The notes below the pieces were generated by a model. It was not told the DNA's origin and ran no database searches. It worked only from the letters and a program-made list of their open reading frames with translations. Source: Eledone cirrhosa (taxonomy: Eukaryota). Taken from it: a stretch of 64,000 nucleotides of DNA. A program made the translations under genes and the position numbers. The stretch covers positions 1,860,001-1,924,000 of the forward strand of contig OZ024763.1 in NCBI GenBank assembly GCA_964016885.1. Direction: 5' to 3'. Positions 49,929 to 64,000 of the stretch are shown piece after piece; positions within the stretch are counted from its first letter, which is position 1; each line of letters starts with the position of its first letter.

Positions 49929-52456
49929 TCATCATCATCATCATCATCATCACCGTTTTACGTCCGTTCTTCCACGCTAGCATGGGTTAGACGGGTTGTC
50001 CTGTTGTGGGCAGTGTCTGGTCGGCTGACCATGCCTTGCTCATACAGGAACTGATCTGGCTTGATTTCTACAGCTGGATGCCCTTCCTAACACCAACCTC
50101 ATTTACAGTGAGTGCTGGGTGCTTTTTCGTGGCGCCTACACGTCCACTTTACAGTGTGGGCTGGGTGCTTTTTTGCCGTGGCACCTCCACGACCACCTTG
50201 CGGTGGGGTGGGGGGGGGGCATATTGTTTATATGCTTCAGCATGTACCCATGGGAGGTCGGGTACCCTGTATTACTGCGTGACGCCAGAAGTCACGGTCG
50301 TGTGTCATTGACTTTGAGAGGTGTAGTTGGGTAAGGTCGGCTTTTATCACCTCATCCCAAGTCATCTTGGGTCTCCCCACTCCGCGGTTTCCATCAACTT
50401 CTAGTGCTCTGCACCTTTTTATGCAGCTGTCATCCTTCATACGCATCACATGTCCATACCAGCGTAACCGCCTCTCCTGCACGCAGCATTTGATTCCTCT
50501 TATGCTCAGTCTCTCTCTCAATTCATTTATGCTTTGTCGTTCACGTATATTACTGTTACACATCCATCGGAGCATGCAGGCTTCGTTTCTCTCTAATCTA
50601 CGTAAGTCTTCCACCTTCAGCGCCCAGGTCTCACTACCATGCAACATCGCTGTTCGGATACACGCATCATACAGTCTGCCTTTCATTCTGAGGGAGAAGC
50701 CTTTTGCAGCTAGCAGTGGTAGTAGTTCCCTAAACTTCTTCCATCCCGTTCTTACCCTAGTTATTGTACTTTCTGAGCACCCACCTCCGTTGCTAATTCG
50801 GTCACCCAGGTAGCAGAAGCTGTCTACTGTTTCTACAGGGCCCTCCCAGAGATTGGTGGTACTTGTTTCCTGTGGCTGTTTGCTTGCTGTTTCAGCACAG
50901 CTGCTGCATGTGAATCCTACATTCTTAATTAAGCTTCCTGAGATCCCGCTACATCTCTTGTGTACCCATTGTTTGCATTTGGGGCAAAGAATGGAGTTCC
51001 TACCTACACCTTTCCTACATACTGAGCAAGGCCATTTCCCTGAGGGGATCTGGGTTCTGTTTTCTCGTCTACTTATAAGGACCTTAGTCTTTGTCATGTT
51101 GACTTTGAGGCCCTTTCTCTCTAGTCCCTGCTTCCAGGTTTGGAATTTATTCTCTAGTTCTACCATAGATTCAGCTATGAGTGCGAGGTCATCAGCATAC
51201 AGGAGTTCCCATGGGCATCCGGTCTTAAACTCCTCCGTTATTGCCTGCAGGACTATGATGAACAGGAGAGGGCTAAGAACAGAGCCCTGGTGGACCCCAA
51301 CCTGTACGCTAAATTCCTCGCTATACTCATTGCCAATCCTAACTTTGCTGACTGCTCCCCTATACATGGCTTGTACCGCTTTCACAAGCCATTCATCTAC
51401 TCCTAGTTTTCTAAGAGCCCACCAGATTACTGCACGTGGAACTCTGTCAAAGGCTTTCTCAAGGTCGACAAATGCCAAGTAGAGTGGCTTACTTTTAGCT
51501 AGGTACTTTTCCTGTAATTGCCTCACAAGGAAGAGCGCATCAGTGGTGCCTTTCCCTGGTACAAACCCAAATTGCATCTCGTCTATATTCACCCGGTCCC
51601 TAATCAGCTGTGCTATAACTCTTTCTGTTACTTTCATGACCTGGTCCATCAACTTTATACCTCTATAGTTTCCTCTATCTAGTGCATCGCCTTTACCTTT
51701 GTAGCAGTTGACAATGATGCTACTGCACCAATCTTTTGGTATGGCCCCCTCTAGTATTACCTGGTTAACGATACGTGTGGTTATAGTGTGACCTACAGAC
51801 CCAGATGCCTTCAGCATCTCGGCAGCTATACCCGATGGACCGGTTGCCTTCCCTATCTTCATATCTCTGATTGCCTTACTTACTACGCTGCCGCTGACTT
51901 GTACTGCTGGTCCCTCTATAGGGTCTACGTGGGGTAGGGTCTCTTCTTCCCATGCATTCTCCTCATTTAGTAATCTATCATAATGACTCTTCCATGCATC
52001 TTTCTTCTCAGCACTTGTGAGGGCAAGCTCACCTTTATCATTCCGGATACACTTCTCTCCAATGACATCACAACTATCTCTGACACACTGCCTCGCAATC
52101 TTGAATACCTCCTGTTTCTGGTCCTCACGTTGTAAAACATGCTTGAATTTTCTATCCTCTGCTTCCCTCCTAGCTAAGTATACTTGTCGCCTAGCTTCCC
52201 TCTTGGTCTCTATGTAATGTACCCTGCTCCCCCCGTTCTTCCATTCTTTCCATGCCTGTCTCTTGGCCTTGACTGCTTCATCTACCTTATTGTTCCACCA
52301 CCAAGTCACTCTCCTCCTGCTTGAGGTCTTACTCCAGCCACAAACCTCATCCGTCGCCTCTAGTAAGTTATTTTTTAGGAACTCCCAGTTCTCTTCTACG
52401 TTAAATGTCTCTATCTGTTCTTCTTTACTGTCGTAGGCGTTGAGTAAAATATCTTT
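49929..52456 (-). mobile_element. RTE-clade LINE subfamily 2, 5'-truncated
   Basis: (GAT)n tail and 3' UTR; homology to subfamily 1 extends to 52456 ([13 protein letters not shown]), then (TA)n. Confidence 0.95.
50237..52456 (-). CDS. RTE reverse transcriptase + zinc finger (endonuclease lost by truncation)
   Basis: Uninterrupted frame with [29 protein letters not shown] and CSVC...CPKC..HKRC...CSSC. Confidence 0.88.
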   Translation of the reverse strand, partial: KDILLNAYDSKEEQIETFNVEENWEFLKNNLLEATDEVCGWSKTSSRRRVTWWWNNKVDEAVKAKRQAWKEWKNGGSRVHYIETKREARRQVYLARREAEDRKFKHVLQREDQKQEVFKIARQCVRDSCDVIGEKCIRNDKGELALTSAEKKDAWKSHYDRLLNEENAWEEETLPHVDPIEGPAVQVSGSVVSKAIRDMKIGKATGPSGIAAEMLKASGSVGHTITTRIVNQVILEGAIPKDWCSSIIVNCYKGKGDALDRGNYRGIKLMDQVMKVTERVIAQLIRDRVNIDEMQFGFVPGKGTTDALFLVRQLQEKYLAKSKPLYLAFVDLEKAFDRVPRAVIWWALRKLGVDEWLVKAVQAMYRGAVSKVRIGNEYSEEFSVQVGVHQGSVLSPLLFIIVLQAITEEFKTGCPWELLYADDLALIAESMVELENKFQTWKQGLERKGLKVNMTKTKVLISRRENRTQIPSGKWPCSVCRKGVGRNSILCPKCKQWVHKRCSGISGSLIKNVGFTCSSCAETASKQPQETSTTNLWEGPVETVDSFCYLGDRISNGGGCSESTITRVRTGWKKFRELLPLLAAKGFSLRMKGRLYDACIRTAMLHGSETWALKVEDLRRLERNEACMLRWMCNSNIRERQSINELRERLSIRGIKCCVQERRLRWYGHVMRMKDDSCIKRCRALEVDGNRGVGRPKMTWDEVIKADLTQLHLSKSMTHDRDFWRHAVIQGTRPPMGTC

Positions 52457-52627
52457 ATGTGTATGTATATATATCTATATATATGTGTGTATGTATGTAT
52501 ATATATATATATATATGTGTATGTGTATATATGTATATATATATATATATATATGTGTGTATGTATATATATATATATGTGTGTATGTATATATATATAT
52601 ATGTATATATATGTATGCGTGTGTGTG

Positions 52628-52658
<31 letters not shown>

Positions 52659-52691
52659 ATATATATATGTGTGTGTGTATATATATATATA

Positions 52692-52724
<33 letters not shown>

Positions 52725-52878
52725 TATCTCTGTGTGTGTGTATACAACGTGTGTGTGTTTATTCTGCAAGAGGATGTTTAGTAAGAACTACCATTTTACC
52801 ATTCTGTGAAGGAAGTATCATTGTACAGTTTACTTTGAGAGGGAGACTTGAATACATGGGGTCTCGGGTTTCACATCA

Positions 52879-53149
52879 CACTACTACTACTACTACTACT
52901 ACTACTATTGCTGCTGCTGCTGCTACTACTACTACTGCTACTGGTATTACTACTGGTACTGTTGCTACTACTACTGCCTCTACTACTACTACTACTGCTG
53001 CTGCTGCTACTGCTATTATTACTACTACTACTGGTACTGCTGCTACTGTTACTGCTACTGCTGCTACTACTACTACTACTACTGCTGCTGCTACTAATGC
53101 TGCTGCTACTGCTACTACTACTACTACTACGACTACTACTACTACTACC

Positions 53150-53181
<32 letters not shown>

Positions 53182-53317
53182 CACCACCACTACTACAACC
53201 ACCACCACCACCACTATTGCTACTACTACTACTACCACCACTACCACCACCACCACCACTACTACAACCACCACCACCACCACCACTATTGCTACTATTA
53301 CTGTTGTTACTACTACT
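52879..53317. repeat. (CTA/CTG/CCA)n trinucleotide tract
   Basis: Direct reading. Confidence 0.95.
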
Positions 53318-53666
53318 TGGTTCTTTTGAGAAAAAAAAAAAAATTTTTTGACAGTTTCCCCAAGTTTCATTGATAAAGCTGAGCTGTGTCAAGGCCATAG
53401 AGAGGGTGTGTATGGTTACATTTAGCTACGGCTGGTCCTTCAAGGTTTAAAACTAAAGTTTATCAATGAAAAAAATATAACCCTATTTATACACACCCTA
53501 CCAAAAAATCCAGTTGTGTGTCTATGAAATAAAACCCCTCATATTTTAGACGTGAGGTTCTGAAACGTTTTGGGTCATCGTCCCCACCAAGGCCACGTAA
53601 TACCCTCAGCGCCCTCACCCCTATTTCCAGAGAGACCTGCCTACACACAAATTGTAAATAATATAT

Positions 53667-53840
53667 AGTTTCTTATATAGGCACAAGGCCAGCAATTTTG
53701 GGGGAGGGGAAAGTCGATTAAATCGACCCAGTGCGTAACTGGTACTTTATTTTATCTACCCTGTAAGGATGAAAGGCAAAGTTAACCTCGGTGGGATTTG
53801 AACTCAGATCATAAAGGGCCGTAACTCCAATCCACCGCCC
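53667..53840 (-). mobile_element. Meta-like SINE, internally deleted; TSD-like caaattgtaaataatatata
   Basis: Meta core on -; flanking direct repeat at ~53648 and ~53842. Confidence 0.8.
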
Positions 53841-54679
53841 TCAAATTGTAAATAATATATAATAAATAAAATTGTTAATTTATATATAATAAATAATATA
53901 ATATATTATATATTTTTTATTTTACTATATTTATATATAATATGTATCATTTGATATTTAAAATACTATTATATCATCTGTACTGTCTCCCCCCCCCCCC
54001 TAGGCACCAGCACTCCCTGGACCTTTTCAACACCCCCTTGAGGAATGGTAGCACCCACTTTGAGAGCTTTTGTTTTGAAGTATTTTTATTGAAATGAAAA
54101 TTTTTCCATCATAATTTTATATAAAAATCATGTCAAGTCTACTTTTTTCCTGAAATAAGTCTAAAAAAATCTACCATGCGTCCTGGAGGCCAAAGGTTGT
54201 TTATTATTCTTTCTCAAATTTTTGTTTGTCGAAATTACCGTGCGTCTTTGAAGATGAAGCCTCTTCGGCACTGGGAAATATAGTACTTAGTAATGAAGTA
54301 ATTAATAATTTTAGTAAATCCTTCAAAATTCTTCATCAGTTGAAATAAAGTATATTACATTGGAAATAAAGTCATGAAAGGGTTAAATTTAAATCTTATA
54401 ATAATTTAATAAATAAGGGCCGTATGTTAAGTTACTATCTTAGTAATGAAATAAATAATTTTTGTAACCCTTTAAAGGGTTTATATTTTAATTAAAATCT
54501 TCCACCATAATTTTATATAAGAACCATATGTTAAGTTACTGTCTTAGAAATGAAATAATAATTTTAGTAAAACCAGCTCTGGTTCTATGAAACAAAACCT
54601 TCTGTTTTAAAGAGTTCTTATTTAAATTAAAATCTTCCACCATAATTTTATGTAAGAACCATATTAAAATAATAATAAT

Positions 54680-55530
54680 AATGAAATTATTGTGTAAAGT
54701 GCTCAGGTGCATTACAACTCGTCAAAGGTGCATAGAATAATATACAAATGTCAGGGAAGTGAATAGTGTATGAGTCATGATATACATGTGTACATGTGTA
54801 TGGAGAGGGAATATTAGGTGTAGTGTTGGCGAATCTCAGGAAGCATGGAGGTTTTAAAGGATGCAGTGTCTCGACAGTTAACAACTGATGCAGGAGGTAG
54901 TTTGTTCCATGCTTCAGCAACTCTGAGTGTGAAAAAATGTTTCCAAAAGTCATGGGAACTGAGCTGTTTTCTGACTTTATGGGCATGTCCACGTGTGTTA
55001 GACACATGGAAATCAAAAAGGTACTCAGGGTTGTTGTTGGCAAGATGGTTAACAATTTTGTGGGTGTTTACCAAGTCAGTTGCCAGACGTCAGAGCTTCA
55101 ATGTATCCATGCCCAGGGAAGCAAGGCATTCAGAGTATGGTAGATGCCTGATGGAGGGTATTCGCTTGGTTGCACGTCTCTGAACAGTTTCCAGGCTGTC
55201 AATGTTCTGAGCAAGATAGGGGTTCCAGACTGGTGATGCAAATTCTAAGTGTGGCCGCACCATAGCTATGTTCAGCTTTAAATAGATAGCTGGAGAGCAG
55301 CTGACAAAGGTCTTGCTGAGTGATGCTAAGACACCCTTGGTTTTCTTGACAATTTTAGAGCCGTGCTTCATCCAACGCAAATCGCTGCTGACCGTAATGC
55401 CCAGGTCACGTTCACAAGAAGACTTCTTGATATTAGTGTTGTGGAGGGAGTATGTGGACGCTGGGTTTTTACTCCCAAAATGCATGGTGGTGCACTTGTC
55501 CACAGCTAGCTTGAGTTGCCAGTCTGTGAT
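54680..55530 (-). mobile_element. CR1-clade LINE 3' fragment (decayed RT C-terminus + 3' UTR)
   Basis: DKCTTMHFG..NP, ERDLGITVSSDL, MVRPHLEFASPVWNPY, LETVQRRATK, TRGH..K, FFTLRV..WNKLP; a second 3' UTR copy follows at 55530-55850. Confidence 0.88.
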
Positions 55531-55605
55531 ATAATGAAATTATTGTGTACAGTGCTCAAGTGCACTACAATTCATCAATGGTGCATGTATAGTACATAGA
55601 ATAAT

Positions 55606-55785
55606 TGTTTCTACTTTAGGCATAAGGCCAGCAATTAGCCAGTGCATTACTGGTACTTTATTTTATCGACCCCGTAAGGATGAAAGGCAAATTCAACCTC
55701 GGCGGGATTTGAACTCAAATCGTAAAGGGACGTAACTATGCTGGAAAGCATGGCGTCCGACCCTCTACCGATACTGCCAATCCAC
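55606..55785 (-). mobile_element. Meta-like SINE with 17-bp TSD inside the CR1 3' UTR
   Basis: TSD atagtacatagaataat on both sides. Confidence 0.9.
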
Positions 55786-55889
55786 ATAGTACATAGAATA
55801 ATGTACAAATGTCAGGAAAGTGAACAGTGTATGAATCATGATATACACACAGATACATGTGTGTGTGTGTACAGAGGCGGAATATCAAA

Positions 55890-57070
55890 CAATCTTCCAA
55901 CATAATTTTATATAAGAACCATATGTTAAGTTAATCTCTTAGAAATGAAATAATTAATAATTTTAGTAAACCTTCAAAACCTTCTATTTTAAAGGGTTCA
56001 TATTTGAATTAAAATCTTCCACCATAATTTTATATAAGAACCATATGTAAAGTTAATCTCTTAGAAATGAAATAATTAATAATTTTAGTAAACCTTCAAA
56101 ACCACATATTTTAAAGGGTTCATATTTGAATTAAAATCTTCCACCATAATTTTATATAAGAACCATATGTAAAGTTAATCTCTTAGAAATGAAATAATTA
56201 ATAATTTTAGTAAACCTTCAAAACCACATATTTTAAAGGGTTCATATTTGAATTAAAATCTTCCACCATAATTTTATATAAGAACCATATGTAAAGTTAA
56301 TCTCTTAGAAATGAAATAATTAATAATTTTAGTAAACCTTCAAAACCACATATTTTAAAGGGTTCATATTTGAATTAAAATCTTCCACCATAATTTTATA
56401 TAAGAACCATATGTTAAGTTAATCTCTTAGAAATGAAATAATTAATAATTTTAGTAAACCTTCAAAACCACATATTTTAAAGGGTTCATATTTGAATTAA
56501 AATCTTCCACCATAATTTTATATAAGAACCATATGTAAAGTTAATTTCTTAGAAATGAAATAATTAATAATTTTAGTAAACCTTCAAAACCACATATTTT
56601 AAAGGGTTCATATTTGAATTAAAATCTTCCACCATAATTTTATATAAGAACCATATGTAAAGTTAATTTCTTAGAAATGAAATAATTAATAATTTTAGTA
56701 AACCTTCAAAACCTTCTATTTTAAAGGGTTCATATTTGAATTAAAATCTTCCACCATAATTTTATATAAGAACCATATGTTAAGTTAATCTCTTAGAAAT
56801 GAAATAATTAATAATTTTAGTAAACCTTCAAAACCACATATTTTAAAGGGTTCATATTTGAATTAAAATCTTCCACCATAATTTTATATAAGAACCATAT
56901 GTAAAGTTAATTTCTTAGAAATGAAATAATTAATAATTTTAGTAAACCTTCAAAACCACATATTTTAAAGGGTTCATATTTGAATTAAAATCTTCCACCA
57001 TAATTTTATATAAGAACCATATGTTAAGTTAATTTCTTAGAAATGAAATAATTAATAATTTTAGTAAACT
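55890..57070. repeat. 122-bp AT-rich minisatellite (~9.5 units); degenerate units at ~54280-54670
   Basis: aaaatcttccaccataatttt recurs at 56011, 56133 and onward. Confidence 0.95.
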
Positions 57071-57362
57071 TTTTCAAAATTCCCCCCCTTTTAAAAGTGT
57101 ATATCATATGTACAAATCATATGTTATCTGTAGGTGGCTGTGTGGGTGGTGTGGTGGATCTATGTGTGCTTTATATATGGGGTGGTGGTGGTGGTGGCTG
57201 CTGTTCTTTTGTCATCCATCTTGTTGTTGTTGTTACTTACTTCTTCCACTTGATGCTAGTATAGAATAGAAAAATACATTGTTAGGTATATACTTGAGTG
57301 TGTATATATATATATATATATGTGTGTGTATATATATGTGTGTGTGTGTATATATATATATA

Positions 57363-57407
<45 letters not shown>

Positions 57408-57789
57408 ATCTATGTACATACATAAGTATGTACATGTGTGTATATATATAGATGTATGTGTGTATATATAAGTATGCATGTATGTGTGTATATATATATA
57501 TTATATATATATATCTATCTATGTGTGTGTGTGTATGCTTGTATGTGTGTATATATATTATATATATATATCTATCTATGTGTGTGTGTGTATGCTTGTA
57601 TGTGTGTGTATATATATATATATATGTATGTATGTGTCTATATGTGTGTGTATGAAATTGTCGACATATTTGAAAATGTTTTCATATTTATCCAGCGTAA
57701 AGGGGTGGGTGTGGGGTGTGGGTGGGGGTGTAATTGTTTATATACAGACTTGAAAATCCTAAATTTGATTACTAACATATCAAACTATC

Positions 57790-58283
57790 CCCACCACCAC
57801 CACTACCATCGTCATCATCACCAACATCACCATAACCATCATCGATATCACCACCAACACTACCATCATCATCACCAACTCCACCACCACCACTATCATC
57901 ATCACCAACACCACCACCACCACTACCACCACTATCATCATCACCAACACCACCACCACCACCACCACCACCACCACCACTATCATCATCACCAACACCA
58001 CTACCACCACCAACACCACTACCATCATCATCATCATCACCAATTCCACCACCACTAATACCATCATCTCCACCACCACCACCTCTACCATCAGCCTCAT
58101 CATCAACATCATCATCACCACTACCATCATTATCATCATCACCATCACCATCACCCTCATCACCACCATCACCACTACCATCATCACCACCAACACCACC
58201 ACCTCTACCATCAGCCTCATCATCAACATCATCATCACCACTACCATCATTATCATCACCACCACCACTACCATCATCATCAT
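57790..58283. repeat. (CAC/CAT)n tract
   Basis: Direct reading. Confidence 0.9.
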
Positions 58284-58443
58284 CTTTACACAAGCCCCTG
58301 CAGAGCAGGTGGGTGTTGGTAGTCTATCTCTGGGGTCTCCCCCCCCCCCCCCCCCGACATCCCATAGCCCAATACTGTACAAACAGTATCATTATAATTC
58401 TTATTCTGATAGTGTCTGTGGTTTGTCTAAAGATCTAAGTCTG

Positions 58444-58710
58444 TCTTAAGCCAGAAGGGTCGTTAAGCCGCTGCCCTGGTTTCATGGCATGAAGCGACTG
58501 AGAGTACAAGACTTCCCCCTGGACAGGACACCAGTCCATTGCAGGGTTAACTCCCAGCTATTGCCGGTACTCATTTTCAGCTAAGTATACTGGATAAACA
58601 TAAAATGAAGTGTTTTACTCAAGAACACAACACACAACCCAGTCAAGGAATCAAACCCACGACATTACGATCTTAGTCCAACACCCTTACCACTAGGCCA
58701 CATACCTCCA
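58444..58710 (-). mobile_element. CORE-like tRNA-derived SINE, monomeric relative of the 108-bp array
   Basis: Minus strand: gtggcctagtggtaagggtgttggactaagatcgtaatgtcgtgggtttgattccttgactggg... Confidence 0.85.
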
Positions 58711-59023
58711 ATAATAATACATCTATGATAATGTCTGCCCTGTTTTTTTTTGTATATTATTTGCTATTTATACAAACATTATCACTATAACTGTTATGAT
58801 AATGTCTTCCATCTGTACACAATAAAGTCTGTGATAATGTTTGTTTTGTTTGTTTGTTTGTATTTTTTTTTTTGTAATGGAATTTATTTAGTCTGTACAA
58901 ACATTATCACTATAAATCTTATTGTGATAATGTTTGTTTTGTGTGTATGTGAAGGGTGGGTGGGGTGGGGGGTTTAAATGGTATTTATGTCTGAACAGAC
59001 ATTATAATACTTTTTGTAGATTA

Positions 59024-59215
59024 GGCAGTGGATTGGCAGTATCGGTAGAGCGTTAGACACCATGCTTTCCAGCATAGAGTTACTGCCCTTTACGGTCCGA
59101 GTTCATAATCCCGCCAATGTTAACTTTGCTTTTCATCCTTACAGGGTCGATAAAATAAAGTACCAGTAATACACTGGGGGTAAATTTAATCGACTTTCCC
59201 CTCCTCCCAAATTAT
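59024..59215 (+). mobile_element. Meta-like SINE
   Basis: ggcagtggattggcagtatcggtagagcg...tttcatccttacagggtcgataaaataaagtaccag. Confidence 0.85.
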
Positions 59216-60129
59216 AGCCACATTATTACCACAACAACTACCATTATCCACCACCACCACCACCACCACAACACCACCACCACCACCACTACAAACAACA
59301 CCACCACCACCACCACCACCACCACCACTACAAACAACACCACCACTACCACCACCACCACCACCACCACCACCACAACACCCACCATTATCATCATCCT
59401 CACCACTGCCACTACTTCCACCACCATTATTACTATCACCTGTGTCATTAGCATTACCACCACTGGCATCCACCACCACCACCTTGTCGAAGATGACCCC
59501 CACCACCACCATCTCCAAGAGATCTCCACCCCCACCACCACCCTTCTCCACCACCATCCGCATCGAGTCCAAGAGATCTCCATCACCACTGTCATCCTCC
59601 CCCCCCCCCCCATCGAGTCCAAGAGATCTCCACCACCACTGTCATCCTCCACCACCACCCCAAGAGATCTCTATCAATTAGAAATGTCTACTCTAGATTC
59701 CCTCCTTCATCAATCTCTCTTCTAATGATAACCTTTATCTCTAAGCCTACAACATTCCCTCATCAGTCTTGTTTTACCCCCCCCCCCCCCCCCCCACCAC
59801 CACAACCACCTCTATACCCCACTACACCACTGGACCTCTCTACATCACTCCCCCATTCCCTGATCTCTCTACCCCCACTACCCCACACATCTCTTCCCTC
59901 ATCCACAACCTCTACACCACTCTTCCCCCACCTCTCTACCCTCCCCCCACTACTCGACCACCACCACCACCATACCACCACCCACCACCACCAAGTTACA
60001 ATGTAACTATGGTATGGTGGCAGTGGTTGTGGTGATGGTTTGCAGGTCACTTTAACCTATACTTTGGTACAAAGATGACACCAGTGCCAGGCAGTATCAG
60101 CTTTGCTTTCCTCGTGTACTAACTTATGT

Positions 60130-63100
60130 AATAACACCAGTACCAAACTCTACCAAACTCTACTTCTCCTGTCTTGTACCAATTCCTCCAATAACACCAG
60201 TACCAAACTCTACTTCTCCTGTCTTGTACCATTTCCTCCAATAACACCAGTACCAAACTGTACCAAACTGTACTTCTCCTGTCTTGTACCAATTCCTCCA
60301 ATAACACCAGTACCAAACTCTACCAAACTCTACTTCTCCTGCCTTGTACCAATTCCTCCAATACCACCAGTACCAAACTCTACCAAACTCTACTTCTCCT
60401 GTCTTGTACCATTTCCTCCAATAACACCAGTACCAAACTGTACCAAACTCTACTTCTCCTGTCTTGTACCAATTCCTCCAATAACACCAGTACCAAACTC
60501 TACCAAACTCTACTTCTCCTGCCTTGTACCAATTCCTCCAATACCACCAGTACCAAACTCTACCAAACTCTACTTCTCCTGTCTTGTACCAATTCCTCCA
60601 ATAACACCAGTACCAAACTCTACCAAACTCTACTTCTCCTGTCTTGTACCATTTCCTCCAATAACACCAGTACCAAACTCTACCAAACTCTACCAAACTG
60701 TACCAAACTCTACTTCTCCTGTCTTGTACCAATTCCTCCAATAACACCAGTACCAAACTCTACCAAACTCTACTTCTCCTGTCTTGTACCATTTCCTCCA
60801 ATAACACCAGTACCAAACTCTACCAAACTCTACCAAACTGTACCAAACTGTACTTCTCCTGTCTTGTACCAATTCCTCCAATAACACCAGTACCAAACTC
60901 TACCAAACTCTACCAAACTGTACTTCTCCTGTCTTGTACCAATTCCTCCAATACCACCAGTACCAAACTCTACCAAACTCTACTTCTCCTGTCTTGTACC
61001 ATTTCCTCCAATAACACCTGTACCAAACTCTACCAAACTCTACTTCTCCTGTCTTGTACCATTTCCTCCAATAACACCTGTACCAAACTCTACCAAACTC
61101 TACTTCTCCTGTCTTGTACCAATTCCTCCAATAACACCAGTACCAAACTCTACCAAACTCTACCAAACTGTACTTCTCCTGTCTTGTACCAATTCCTCCA
61201 ATACCACCAGTACCAAACTCTACCAAACTCTACTTCTCCTGTCTTGTACCATTTCCTCCAATAACACCTGTACCAAACTCTACCAAACTCTACTTCTCCT
61301 GTCTTGTACCATTTCCTCCAATAACACCTGTACCAAACTCTACCAAACTCTACTTCTCCTGTCTTGTACCAATTCCTCCAATAACACCAGTACCAAACTC
61401 TACCAAACTCTACCAAACTGTACTTCTCCTGTCTTGTACCAATTCCTCCAATACCACCAGTACCAAACTCTACCAAACTCTACTTCTCCTGTCTTGTACC
61501 ATTTCCTCCAATAACACCTGTACCAAACTCTACCAAACTCTACTTCTCCTGTCTTGTACCATTTCCTCCAATAACACCTGTACCAAACTCTACCAAACTC
61601 TACTTCTCCTGTCTTGTACCAATTCCTCCAATAACACCAGTACCAAACTCTACCAAACTCTACCAAACTGTACTTCTCCTGTCTTGTACCAATTCCTCCA
61701 ATACCACCAGTACCAAACTCTACCAAACTCTACTTCTCCTGTCTTGTACCAATTCCTCCAATAACACCAGTACCAAACTCTACCAAACTCTACTTCTCCT
61801 GTCTTGTACCATTTCCTCCAATACCACCAGTACCAAACTCTACCAAACTCTACTTCTCCTGTCTTGTACCATTTCCTCCAATAACACCAGTACCAAACTC
61901 TACCAAACTGTACTTCTCCTGTCTTGTACCAATTCCTCCAATACCACCAGTACCAAACTCTACCAAACTGTACTTCTCCTGTCTTGTACCAATTCCTCCA
62001 ATACCACCAGCACCAAACTCTACCAAACTCTACTTCTCCTGTCTTGTACCAATTCCTCCAATAACACCAGTACCAAACTCTACCAAACTCTACTTCTCCT
62101 GTCTTGTACCAATTCCTCCAATACCACCAGCACCAAACTCTACCAAACTCTACTTCTCCTGTCTTGTACCAATTCCTCCAATAACACCAGTACCAAACTC
62201 TACCAAACTCTACTTCTCCTGTCTTGTACCAATTCCTCCAATAACACCAGTACCAAACTCTACCAAACTCTACTTCTCCTGTCTTGTACCAATTCCTCCA
62301 ATACCACCAGCACCAAACTCTACCAAACTCTACTTCTCCTGTCTTGTACCAATTCCTCCAATAACACCAGTACCAAACTCTACCAAACTCTACTTCTCCT
62401 GTCTTGTACCAATTCCTCCAATAACACCAGTACCAAACTCTACCAAACTCTACTTCTCCTGCCTTGTACCAATTCCTCCAATACCACCAGTACCAAACTC
62501 TACCAAACTCTACTTCTGCCTTGTACCAATTCCTCCAATACCACCAGTACCAAACTCTACCAAACTCTACTTCTCCTGTCTTGTACCATTTCCTCCAATA
62601 ACACCAGTACCAAACTCTACCAAACTCTACCAAACTGTACCAACTCTACTTCTCCTGTCTTGTACCAATTCCTCCAATAACACCAGTACCAAACTCTACC
62701 AAACTCTACTTCTCCTGTCTTGTACCATTTCCTCCAATACCACCAGTACCAAACTCTACCAAACTCTACTTCTCCTGTCTTGTACCATTTCCTCCAATAA
62801 CACCAGTACCAAACTCTACCAAACTGTACTTCTCCTGTCTTGTACCAATTCCTCCAATACCACCAGTACCAAACTTTACCAAACTGTACTTCTCCTGTCT
62901 TGTACCAATTCCTCCAATACCACCAGCACCAAACTCTACCAAACTCTACTTCTCCTGTCTTGTACCAATTCCTCCAATAACACCAGTACCAAACTCTACC
63001 AAACTCTACTTCTCCTGTCTTGTACCAATTCCTCCAATACCACCAGCACCAAACTCTACCAAACTCTACTTCTCCTGTCTTGTACCAATTCCTCCAATAA

Positions 63101-64000
63101 CACCAGTACCAAACTCTACCAAACTCTACTTCTCCTGTCTTGTACCAATTCCTCCAATAACACCAGTACCAAACTCTACCAAACTCTACTTCTCCTGTCT
63201 TGTACCAATTCCTCCAATACCACCAGCACCAAACTCTACCAAACTCTACTTCTCCTGTCTTGTACCAATTCCTCCAATAACACCAGTACCAAACTCTACC
63301 AAACTCTACTTCTCCTGTCTTGTACCAATTCCTCCAATAACACCAGTACCAAACTCTACCAAACTCTACTTCTCCTGCCTTGTACCAATTCCTCCAATAC
63401 CACCAGTACCAAACTCTACCAAACTCTACTTCTGCCTTGTACCAATTCCTCCAATACCACCAGTACCAAACTCTACCAAACTCTACTTCTCCTGTCTTGT
63501 ACCATTTCCTCCAATAACACCAGTACCAAACTCTACCAAACTCTACCAAACTGTACCAAACTCTACTTCTCCTGTCTTGTACCAATTCCTCCAATAACAC
63601 CAGTACCAAACTCTACCAAACTGTACTTCTCCTGTCTTGTACCAATTCCTCCAATAACACCAGTACCAAACTCTACCAAACTCTACCAAACTGTACTTCT
63701 CCTGTCTTGTACCAATTCCTCCAATACCACCAGTACCAAACTCTACCAAACTCTACTTCTCCTGTCTTGTACCATTTCCTCCAATACCACCAGTACCAAA
63801 CTCTACCAAACTCTACTTCTCCTGTCTTGTACCAATTCCTCCAATACCACCAGTACCAAACTCTACCAAACTCTACTTCTCCTGTCTTGTACCATTTCCT
63901 CCAATACCACCAGTACCAAACTCTACCAAACTCTACTTCTCCTGTCTTGTACCATTTCCTCCAATAACACCAGTACCAAACTCTACCAAACTCTACTTCT
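60130..64000. repeat. 60-bp minisatellite built from 10-bp subunits, with higher-order structure; runs off the window end
   Basis: Unit ataacaccagtaccaaactctaccaaactctacttctcctgtcttgtaccaattcctcca; variants carry 1-4 taccaaact(c/g) subunits. Confidence 0.97.

Overview
Very repeat-rich, AT-rich metazoan DNA. The SINE/LINE repertoire and long (TA)n/(CA)n tracts suggest a cephalopod such as Octopus (inference). Almost all ORFs in the supplied track are microsatellite or minisatellite artefacts. Real coding sequence is limited to two young RTE-clade LINEs on the minus strand (a 1038-aa APE+RT ORF and a 5'-truncated sister subfamily), fragments of Tx1/L1, CR1 and other RTE LINEs, and one candidate host first coding exon (38506-38638). 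The window also holds many tRNA-derived SINEs (Meta-like and CORE-like, some with RTE 3' tails), Tc1/mariner-type MITEs and several minisatellites, some made from pieces of SINEs or LINEs. Main discovery: the (TA)n tracts contain about 20 short non-coding inserts, most built as inverted arm + apex + direct arm + unpaired 3' tail. They fall into about 9-10 sequence families, and about 7 carry type I hammerhead ribozyme folds or halves. The folds include canonical CUGANGA cores with compensatory stem changes and variant cores (U3-A8 UUGAAAA, A4 CAGAAGA, shortened CUCGAG). This fits non-autonomous remnants of Penelope-like retroelements. They share a 3' hairpin signal, and one marks the breakpoint of a ~500-bp inversion that splits a LINE fragment. 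All folds were made by eye and are unverified.
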